Positions 45,931-55,634 of a stretch of DNA of 55,634 nt are shown piece by piece. The DNA lies in the NCBI RefSeq assembly GCF_004010195.1, contig NC_057754.1, positions 12,307,356 to 12,362,989 of the forward strand, written 5' to 3'. This DNA is from Chiloscyllium plagiosum (lineage: Eukaryota). Under the pieces are notes generated by a model. The model was not told the DNA's origin, searched no databases, and saw nothing but the letters and a program-made list of their open reading frames with translations. The position numbers and the translations under genes are program-made. Within the stretch, counting starts at the first letter, position 1, and each line of letters opens with the position of its first letter.

Positions 45931-47448
45931 GTATCCTATTGCACTTGGTCCCTTTGGAACCTTACTTAGAGCAATGCCCTGACAAATCATGTCAGTAGGT
46001 TTATAGATAGAGTTTTAAAGTGACAGAGGATGCACAGGCAGGGTTCAGGGGGAAGGAGCTTTCCAAATCTAAAGACAAAATGTGAAGCATTGGAACAGTA
46101 TGGCGATGTGGCTGAAGATAAGAAGAAAGGAAGATTAAGGGACAACGTTGAAGTAAATCTGTACATCAACGAATAGGTTTGTGACAGAAACTTCTGGCCA
46201 AAAAGTAAATTTTCATGTTCTTTTTGGAATAGACAAAGTATTTGCCTGTGAGGCAGAGATAAAAGACATTTGCTCACCAGAGAGGCATGGTTACAGGATG
46301 AACCAAATGATGGACCATAAATATTCAACGGTGCACAACCTTCTGGGGACTTATGCAGAATGGAAATCTTAATGGGTAAATTTGACAGCAATGGATTAAA
46401 GAGAAAACACTAGACCTCCGAGTATGCAGCTGATTCAATCTGAAAGCAAATTCTGATAATACATGTCATCAAAACCAGCAGGAGATTTTTCTTTTACGTC
46501 GCATAACAACATTTCATTATTCATCACTGCATTAAATAGGAATTCATTGGAATTTGTATCAAAATCATTGTGGCAAATTTGGAAGAATTCATTCTTCATA
46601 TAGTCCGGGACAAACGTGCTGGCAAGAATCATGCACGAACAGGAGTTCAGAGAATGTTTTTGTCAGTGTTTCTTTGAATAGCACATTGTGCAACTGCCTA
46701 TGGATTTAACTGTTTCAGATCGACCGTTGGATGATGAAGCTGAATGAATAAGTGATGTCACACTGTGCGATGCTCCGAAAAATTGTGATAAGGTGAAATT
46801 CATAGGAATTATAATGTTTTAAAGCGACTAGAGAAAGGGCAAGCTACATTTGCGGACGGGCACAAAGGCAATTACATGAGTTTCACAGGAGAACTGACCG
46901 AGGTAAACTGGGGAAACAGATTTAAATATGTTTCAGTAAGGGAATATTGGAAAACATTTGAAGGAACAGTGAAAAACATTCAACCAATGCACATGCCATC
47001 GTAATAGTCAAAACCTCAGTAAGAATTCCCCACCTGGCCGTCACTCATAGAGTAAAAGTGTCACAGAGATGTCCAGCACAGAGATCATTGGGTCCAACTC
47101 GTCCATGCCGACCAGATATCCCAACGTAATTTAGTCCCACCTGCCGGCACTCGACTCATATCCCTCCAAACCCTTCCTATTCATATACCCACGTAGGTTG
47201 CTTTTAAGTGCTGCAATTGTATCAGCCTCCACCACTTCCTCACGCAGCTCATTCCACACACGCACCACCATCTGTGCGAAAAAGTTGCCCTTTAGTTCTC
47301 TTTTACATCTCTCCACTCTCATTCTAAACATATTCCCTCTAGTTCTGGACACTCCACCCTAAGCAAAAGAAAATGTCTATTTACTCTATCCATGCCCTTA
47401 ATGATTTGATAAACCTCATAAGGTCACCCCTCAGCCTCCGACATTCAT

Positions 47449-47760
47449 TTAGATTAGATTAGATTACTTACAGTGTGGAAACAGGCCCTTCAGCCCAACA
47501 AGTCCACACCGCCCCGCCGAAGTGCAACCCACCCATACCCCTACATTTACCCCTTACCTAACACTACGGGCAATTTAGCATGGTCAATTCACCTGACCTG
47601 CACATCTTTGACTGTGGGAGGAAACCGGAGCACTCGGAGGAAACCCACGCAGAGACGGGGAGAACGTACAAACTCTACACAGTCAGTCGCCTGAGGGGGG
47701 AATTGAACCCGGGTCTCTAGCGCTGTGAGGCAGCAGTGCTAACCACTGTGCCATCGTGCT
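47449..47760 (-). mobile_element. HE1-type SINE, full length
   Basis: Reverse complement closely matches 17000-17312; tail tagattagattagattac. Confidence 0.92.
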
Positions 47761-48647
47761 GTCCTATTCAACTTCCCCCTATAACTCAAACCTTCCAACC
47801 CATCCTTATAATTCATTTATGAAGCCTTTCAAGTTTCACAAAATCCTTCCAATGGACAGGAGACCCGAATTGCACGCAATATTCCAAGTGAGGTCTAACC
47901 AATGCTGTGCACAACCGCACCATGACAATCCAACCCATATATTCAATACTCTGACCAATAAAAGAAAGCATACAAATCGCCTTCTTAACTCTCCGATCTA
48001 CCCACGACTCTATTTTGAAGCAGCTATGAACCTGGATTCCAAGGTCTTTTTTGTTCAGATTCACTGCTTAGGGCCTTACCATGAAGTGTATATATCCTGC
48101 AAAAAATTGCTTTCCCATAATACAACACCTCGTATTTATCTAAATTCAACTCCATCTGCCACTACTCAGCCCACCGGCCCATCTGATCAAGAACCCGTTG
48201 TAATCTGAGGTAACCTTGTTTGCTGTCCACGACACTTCCAATTTTGGTGTCATTTGCAAATTTACTAACCATACCTCCAATGTTCACTTTATATAAATGA
48301 CGAAAAGTAGTGGACCCAGCACCCATCCTTGTGACATTCCACTGGTCACAGGCCTCCAATCTGAAAAACAGCCCTCCACTACCAAGTCTCTGTCTTCTAC
48401 CTTCGAGCCAGTTCTGTATCCAAATGGCTAGTTCTCCCTGTATTCCATGAGAACTAACCTTGCTTACCTTGGGAAACACTGTCGAACGCCTTACCAAAGA
48501 CAATATAGATCACGTCGACCGCTCTGCTCTCATCAATCATTTTGGTTAATTCATCAAAAAAACTCAATCAAGTTCGTGAGACATGATATCCCTCGCACAA
48601 AGCCATGTTGGCAATCTCTAATGAGTCCTTGTCATTCCAAATACGTC

Positions 48648-48872
48648 TAGGAGAACGTGAGGACTGCAGATGCTGGTGATCAGAGCTGAAAATGTGTTGC
48701 TGGAAATGCGCAGCAGTTTAGGCAGCATCCAAGGAGCAGGAGAATCGACGTTTCAGGCATGAGCCCTTCTTCAGGAATCTTTCTGAAGAAGGGCTCATGC
48801 CCGAAACGTCGATTCTCCTGCTCCTTGGATGCTGCCTGTCCTGCTGAGCTTTTCCAGCAATACATTTTCAGC
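48648..48872. mobile_element. Palindromic Penelope-like terminal element with 16-bp TSD
   Basis: Inverted arms of about 95 bp (48683-48777 and 48781-48874); TSD TCATTCCAAATACGTC at 48632-48647 and 48873-48888. Confidence 0.85.
48783..48815 (+). ncRNA. Minimal hammerhead ribozyme motif (mirror copy on minus at 48742-48779)
   Basis: CTGAAGA-A-GGGC-TCAT-GCCC-GAAAC-GTC: CUGANGA core, 4-bp stem II, GAAA, ACGU palindrome, GUC cleavage triplet. Confidence 0.65.
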
Positions 48873-50094
48873 TCATTCCAAATACGTCATCTGGATGTCG
48901 TAAACATGTCCCTCTGGATTCCCTCCAACAACTTGCCTACTACTGACATGAAGCTCACTGGAATAGATCCCTGGTTGGTCCTTACTCGCTTTCCTACGTA
49001 GTAGCACCACGTCGGCTGACCTCCTCTCTTCCAGCACCTCACCTGTGACTATCAATGATACAAATATCTCAGCAAGACGCCCAGCAATCACTTCTCTAGC
49101 TTCTCACAGCGTTTAAACTTACACCTGATCAGGTCCTGAGGACATCCACATTTATGCATTTCAAGACCTCCAGCATTTTCTCCTCGATAATATGAACATT
49201 TTGCAAGATGTCAGCATCTATTTCACTATATCATCCATGTCCTTCTCCACAGTAAATACTGATGGAAAATATTCGTTTAGTATATCCCCTACCTCCTGCT
49301 GATCCACACCTCGGCCGTCTTGCTGATGTTTGAAAGATACTCAACTCTTCCTAGTTACCGTTTTGTCCTTAATGTATTTGTAAAACCACTTTGGTTTCTC
49401 CTTAACCCTGTTTGCCAAAGCTATCTCATATCCCCTTTTTGTCCTCCTCATTTCCCTCTTAAGTATACTCCTACTGTCTCTTGTAAGAATTCATTTGATC
49501 TACCGTGTCTATACCTGACATATGCTTTCTTCTATTTTTTAACTAAGCCCTCAATTTCTCTGATCAGCCAGCATTCACTACACACACCAGCCTTTTCTTT
49601 CACCCAAACATGAATATACTTTCTCTGGACTCTCGTTATCTCACTTCTGAAGGCATCCCATTTTCCAGTCGTCCCTTCACCTGTGAGCTTCTGCCCCAAT
49701 CAGCTTTTGAGAGTTCTTGCCAAACACCATCAAATGTAGAAATTCAAACTTTCACATCACTATTTTAAAACTAATAGAATTATGGACGCTTGCCCCAATG
49801 TGCTCCCCTGTCACCTCCTTCTTATTTCCGAAGAGTAGGTCAAGTTTTGCTCCTTCTCTCGTAGGTTCATCTACGTACTGAATCCGAAAATTTTCCTGTA
49901 CATACTTAACAAATTGCTCTCCATCTAAACCGTTAACACTAAGGCAGTCCCAGTCTATGCTTGGAAAGATAAAATCACCTACTGTTAAAACCCTATTATT
50001 CTTACAGGTGACTGAAATCTGCTTACAAACTCGTTTCTCAATTTCCCGCTGACTATTAGGGGGTCAACGATACAATCCCAATAATATGATCATT

Positions 50095-51109
50095 ACATAG
50101 AACATACAACAATACAGCACAGAACAGGCCATTCGGCCCACGATGTTGTGCCGAGCATTTGTCCTAGCTTAAGCACCTATCCATGTACCTATCCAATTGC
50201 CGCTTAAAGGTCACCAATGATTCTGACTCTGCCACTCCCACAGGCAGCGCATTCCATGCCCCCACCACTCTCCAAGTCACCCCTCAACCTTCACCGTTCC
50301 AATGAGAAAAGACCTAGCACACACAACCTATCCTTGTACGACCTATTCTCCATTCCAGGCAACATCCTGGTAAATCTCCTCTGCACCCTCTCCAAAACTT
50401 CCACATCTTTCCTAAAGTGAGGCGACCAAAACTGCACACAGTACACCAAATGTGGCCTTACCATGGTCCTGTACAGCTGCAACATCACCTCACGACTCTT
50501 GAATTCAATCCCTCTGCTAATGAACGCTAATACACCATAGGCCTTCTTACAAGCTCTGTTCACCTGAGTGACAACATTCAAAGAGCTATGAACATATACC
50601 CCAAGATCCCTCTGCTCCTCCACCTTACTAAGAACCCTAGTGTTAACCCTGTATTCCGCATTCTTATTTGTCCTTCCAAAATGGACAACCTCACACTTGA
50701 CGGGGTTGAACTCCATCCGCCACTCCTCAGCCCAGCTCTGCATCATATCTGAGTCTCTTTGCAGCCGACAACAGCCCTCCTCACTATCCACAATTCCACC
50801 AATCTTCATATCGTCTGCAAATTTACTGACCCACCCTTCGATTCCCTCTTCCAAGTCATTAATAAATATTACAAACAGCAGAGGACCCAGAACTGATTCC
50901 TGCGGAACTTCACTTGTAACTGGTCTCCAGGCTGAATATTTACCATCTACCATCACTCTCTGACTTTGACCGGTTAGCCAGTTCTCTATCCAACTGGCCA
51001 AATTTCCCACTATCCAATGCCTCCTGACTTTCCACATAAGCCTACCATGGGGAACCTTATCAAATGCCTTGCTAAAATCCATGTACATTACATCAACTAC
51101 TCTACCCTC
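50095..51109 (-). mobile_element. Younger 5'-truncated HER1/CR1 LINE nested in the endonuclease region of the older CR1
   Basis: RT ORF 50291-51142 (YMDFSKAFDKVPH, FADD); TSD ATCATT at 50089-50094 and 51110-51115. Confidence 0.88.
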
Positions 51110-52149
51110 ATCATTCTTTTCTCTTTTCTCAGTTCCACCCAAATATGTTCCCTGCGTGTATTTCTGTGAATATCCTCTCTCAGCACAACTGTCACGCTAT
51201 CCTTTATCAAAAACGCCACTCTCCCACCTCTCTTGCCTCCCTTTCTGTCTTTCCTGCAGCATTTTCATCCCGGAACATTAAGCTGCCAGTCCTGTCCATC
51301 CCTGATCCATGTTTCTGTAATTGCTTTGACACCCGAATCCCATGTTCTTAACCATGCCCTGAGATCATCTGCCTTTCCTGTTAGGCCTCTTACATTGAAA
51401 TAAATGCAGTTAATTTTTTCAGTCCTACGTTGTACTCTGCTTTGTCCGTGCCTGCCCTTAACTGTTTGACTCCATTCTTTTCTCAACTGTACCAGTTTCA
51501 GATTAATCTCTTTCCCCACTAGTTCCCTGGGTCCCACCTTACCAGTTTCAATCATCCCGAGCAGATCGTGTAAATCTCCCTGCCAGTATACTCGTCCCCT
51601 TGCAATTCTGGTGTAATCCATCTTTCTTGAACAGGTCGCTTCTACCCCAGAAGAGATTCCAACGATCCAAAACTGTGAATCCTTCTCCCACACATCAGCT
51701 CCTTAGCCACATATTCATCTGCACTATCCTCCTATTCCTACCCTCACTAGCTAGTAGCACTGAGAGTAATCCAACTACCCTCGAGACGTCCTTTTAAAAT
51801 TCCTGCCTAACTATCTATATTCTCCCTTCAGAATCTCATCCTTTTGCCTTCCTATGTCGTTCGTTTCCATCTGTACAAACACCTCCTGCTGCTCCCTCTC
51901 CCTTTTGAGAATATTCTGCACCCTCTCTGAGACATCCTTGATCCTGGCAGCAGGGAGCCAACACACCATTCTACTTTTTTCGCTACTGGCCGCAGAAACG
52001 CCTGTCTGAGCATCTGATTAGAGTCCCCTAACACAAGGGATGCAAGATAGCGCTTGATATGGTCGACTCCCTGCGTGCAGATCTCAATTCCCTATTTCCT
52101 ATAATCGTTCTACAATCTTTGAACTGAATACCATACTTTCAAAAAATAC

Positions 52150-54200
52150 AAATAACTGTGTTTTATTGAAACTCACAGACTCTCAAAGCCAGCTCATTGG
52201 ATGCAGGCAGCAGAACACGTCATGCCCACTACCCATCTGTCTGCCTCAGAAGATAACCAGGTGAGCTATAGCTGTCTACACGAGCGCCAGGCTTGCGGCC
52301 TGCCCAAAAATGGAGGGGCCCGAGAGAACTGCCGCAGGAAGGAGAATGGACACAAAACGGTTCTTGTCCCATAAGACGCCCTGCCTGACATGACATCTAT
52401 CAAAACGTACCTGGAGACAGCCCAAACACTTCTGCAAAAAACGTGGCTGGACCTGGAGCAGCAAATTGGCAGTGACTGAAACCAGGAACGTCTCCACTGG
52501 GTCCGAAGCAAACTCCCTCTGGTAAAATACCAAGCATCAACTTACCTGGTACACTGGGTCCTAAGCAGACCCTCTGCAAAAAATAACCACACGAACCTGC
52601 AAACCATACAGGGTCCGAGGAAGGATAACTTAACTGGAAGCACAACCCACTCCACAAGACCACCAAAGCATTCAAATATAAGAAAAATGTGAGGAATCGG
52701 GTTTAGGGTGTTGGCCTGCTCGTAAGACTGTGACTACGTGATTTCAAGACCCCCTGCCCCCGCCTTTCATAGCTTACTCCTAGCAAACGTACAATCTCTA
52801 AAGAACAAGATGGACGAACTTATATCATAGCTCAACTTCCAGAGCGAATTGTGGGACTGCTGCGCACTCTGCTTCACAGAAACCTGCCTTAACCCATCCA
52901 TTCCCGGCTGCACACTTCAGGCTAATGGTTTTTCTATGCATCGTGTGGACAGTACAGCATCCTCAGGTAAGACAAAGGGTGGATGGGTTTGCTTTTTAAT
53001 CAATAACTTGTGGTGCACGGGCATTGAAACCCTGGCAGCCATTGCTTCCTAAACCTTGAATTCCTCACCATCAAATGCCGCCCCTTATATCTACCACGGG
53101 TATTTACCGCTGCTATAGTAACTGCTGTGTACATACCACCACAAGCAAGGGTTGAGGAAGCTCTGGGCCTGCTGTACTCCACCACTGACACCTTGGAGAT
53201 AGAACATCCCTAGGCCCTGTTTATTGTAACTGGCAATTTCAATCAAGCCAATCAAAGGAAGGCGTTGCCTAAGTACCACCAGAACATTACCTGCCCCACG
53301 CGGGGCCCGAGCATTTTAGACCACTGCTACACCACTGTGAAAGATGCCTCCCGCTCCATCCCCCGCCCTCATTTCTGGAAGTCCGATCACAATACTATGT
53401 TTCGTCTCCTGGCTTACAAGCAAAAGCTCAAGCAGGAGAACCCCTAATACGGGTCCAGTGCTGGTTGGAGGAGGCAGATGATCAACTCCGGTGCTGTCTG
53501 GATTCGGCTGCTTGGGCCGTGTTCAAACAGTCCGCAGGTACCTTGGAAGAGTATGCCACCACCGCCACAGACTTTATCAGCAAGTGTGTGGAGGACTGCA
53601 TACCGATGAAGTCAATAAGGGTGTTCCTCAACAGGAAACCCTGCATGAATTACGACATACAGAACCAACAAATAAAAACAGGTTTGAGGCCATCAGCTCA
53701 GGAGACCCACTCAAATATAATGAATCTAAGTATGACCTCCGCAGAGCTATTAAGACAGCCAAGAACCATTACCAATCCAAACTAGACACCCGGACAGACA
53801 GCCGGCGACTATGGCAAGGGCAGAATGACATCACAGGTTTTTAAAATAGACAGTGCAAGATAGCAGACGATTGCACGTCCCTCCCAGATCGCCTCAACGC
53901 CTTCTATGCTCACTTTGAGCGGAATTTCGGAGGAGAATTAACACCTATTCCGACAAGTCCTGACGAACCTATCCCAACAGTCACCACATCAGAGGTCAGA
54001 TTAGTTTTCCTTCGTGAGAGTCCAAGGAAAGCAATGGGGCCAGACAGAGTACCAGCATGCACTCAAAGCATGCGCAGATCAACTGGCAGATGTCTTCTTG
54101 GACATCTTCAACCTCCCCCTGTAGCAGGTCACTGTCCCTGCCTGTTTCAAGAGGGCCAACATCAACCATGTGATTAAGAAAGCTCATGCAGGATGACTAC
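52150..54200 (+). mobile_element. Rex1/Babar-like LINE (5' region, endonuclease and linker; truncated at the RT start)
   Basis: LLLANVQSLKNKMDEL; CALCFTETCL...SGKTKGGWVCFLINNLWC; TAVYIPPQA; TCPTRGPSILDHCYT; SDH. Confidence 0.8.
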
Positions 54201-54234
54201 CTCCCCCCCCCCTCTCGCCCCGTCAGTGCCCCTC

Positions 54235-54668
54235 ATTATAGCCGTTTAAATTTGGCTTGGGTGGTGGGTAGGTTGTTGGAAACGATTCTGAAAATTAGTA
54301 TTTATAATCATTTTAAGAGGCAACGAATGCTTAGAGTTAGTATCCATGGCTCTGTGCGATGGCAATTGGGTCTCACAGACATGCCTGAGTTTTTCTTTGA
54401 GAAACAGACCAAGGAGATTGATCAGGGCTGAGAAGTAGACATTGTTTACTTGGACTTCAGTAAAACCTTCGACAAGGTTCCACATGGTCGACTAATCGTT
54501 AAAGTTCGATCGCATAAGATTCATGGTGAACTTTCCAGTTGGATATAAAATTGGTTTATTGGGAAGAGGCAGAGACTGGTTATGCAAAATCATTTTTCAG
54601 ACTGGAGGACTGTTACCAGCAGTGTTCCAAAGGGATCTGTGCTTGGTCCACTTCTGTTTGTCATTAAT
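54235..54668 (+). mobile_element. CR1 RT fragment
   Basis: VVGRLLETILK; YLDFSKTFDKVPH; VPKGSVLGPLLF. Confidence 0.75.
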
Positions 54669-54928
54669 ATAGAACATAGATAGAACATAGAAGAATACAG
54701 CGCAGTACAGGCCCTTTGGCCCTCGATGTTGCGCCGATCCAAGCCCACCTAACCTATACTAACCCACTATCCTCCATATACCTATCCAATGCCCGCTTAA
54801 ATGCCCATAAAGAGGGAGAGTCCACCACTGTTACTGGCAGGGCATTCCATGAACTTACGACTCGCTGAGTGAAGAACCTACCCCTAACTTCAGTCCTATA
54901 TCTACCCCCCCTTAATTTAAAGCTATGA
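54669..54928 (-). mobile_element. HER1/CR1 LINE 3' end
   Basis: atagaacatagatagaacatagaa tail; acagcgcagtacaggccctttggccctcgatgttgcgccg. Confidence 0.8.
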
Positions 54929-55324
54929 CTTTAAATTAATCCCTGCCAGAGATAGTGTTGAGCTCAGTTTAAAGCAAGTACCAAGCCTGACACACTTGTT
55001 TAACATTGTTGGTGGCCATCGTTTCAGCTGCCAAAGTAAAGCTTTACTTTGTAACATTTCTTTTGTGAAGCAGTTTGAGATGGTTTATGACGTTAAAATG
55101 ACTAAATAAGTGCAAGTTGAAGTAAAGTTACCTTTATACGAGCTTTAACTATCCTACTCCCATGATTGTGTGATGTTTCTGGTTTACCTTCCCCGTTGTA
55201 AGAGTGCAAAGCATGTTTACCAGTCATTCCTCATAATAGAGACACTGCCTCCGGCACCACTGGACCTGCTCTGTGACTTGGTGACTAGGACTGACTCCAT
55301 TGACCCAAATGCAAAGCAACAGCA

Positions 55325-55634
55325 CCAATTTATATATCTGTGGCACCTTCACCATACCATAATGCCCCAATTTATGTATCTGTGGCACCTTCACCATACC
55401 ATAATGCCCCAATTTATGTATCTGTGGCACCTTCACCATACCATAATGCCCCAATTTATGTATCTGTGGCACCTTCACCATACCATAATGCCCCAATTTA
55501 TGTATCTGTGGCACCTTCACCATACCATAATGCCCCAATTTATGTATCTGTGGCACCTTCACCATACCATAATGCCCCAATTTATGTATCTGTGGCACCT
55601 TCACCATACCATAATGCCCCAATTTATGTATCTG
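55325..55634. repeat. 42-bp minisatellite: 7 full units plus a partial unit, running off the window end
   Basis: Unit ccaatttatgtatctgtggcaccttcaccataccataatgcc; only the first unit differs, by one base. Confidence 0.95.

Larger units (their letters stand above)
47045..52040 (-). mobile_element. Near-full-length decayed CR1 LINE (ORF1 esterase region plus ORF2) hosting three nested insertions
   Basis: ORF1 LGDS motif and RMVCWLP in a shifted frame near 52030-51950; ORF2 start INCIYFNVRGLTGKADDLRAW...AITETW (51265-51420); RT 47800-48640; 3' end near 47050. Confidence 0.85.

Noticed and set aside
55325..55634. Regular repeat array resembling CRISPR
   Set aside because: Units are head-to-tail with no unique spacers, no cas genes are present, and the context is vertebrate.

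Overview
This is eukaryotic, repeat-saturated DNA, almost certainly from a shark or other elasmobranch, judged by its HE1-type SINEs and HER1/CR1 LINEs with (TTCTATG)n and (TAATC)n tails. I see no intact host protein-coding gene. The window holds: (1) three decayed Gmr1-like Ty3/Gypsy LTR retrotransposons with SCAN-like gag, two showing the unusual PR-IN-RT-RH pol order and two a tRNA-Pro PBS, plus solo or partial LTRs of the same family; (2) a multi-finger C2H2 zinc-finger pseudogene (about 29.8-31.2 kb, minus) with a probable NRF1-motif promoter and 5' exon at about 38.6-39.3 kb; (3) between these, a heavily deleted class I (gamma/epsilon-like) endogenous retrovirus (34.4-38.6 kb, minus) with a clean 3' LTR and PPT, remnants of gag-MA, RT start, IN end and env, and no 5' LTR; (4) Penelope-like terminal fragments, two of which carry minimal hammerhead-ribozyme motifs, one as a near-perfect palindrome with a 16-bp TSD; (5) many nested CR1, L2 and Rex1-like LINE pieces and HE1 SINEs; (6) a 42-bp minisatellite running off the right edge. 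Family names come from motif recognition by eye, not from database searches. Boundaries of old fragments are approximate.
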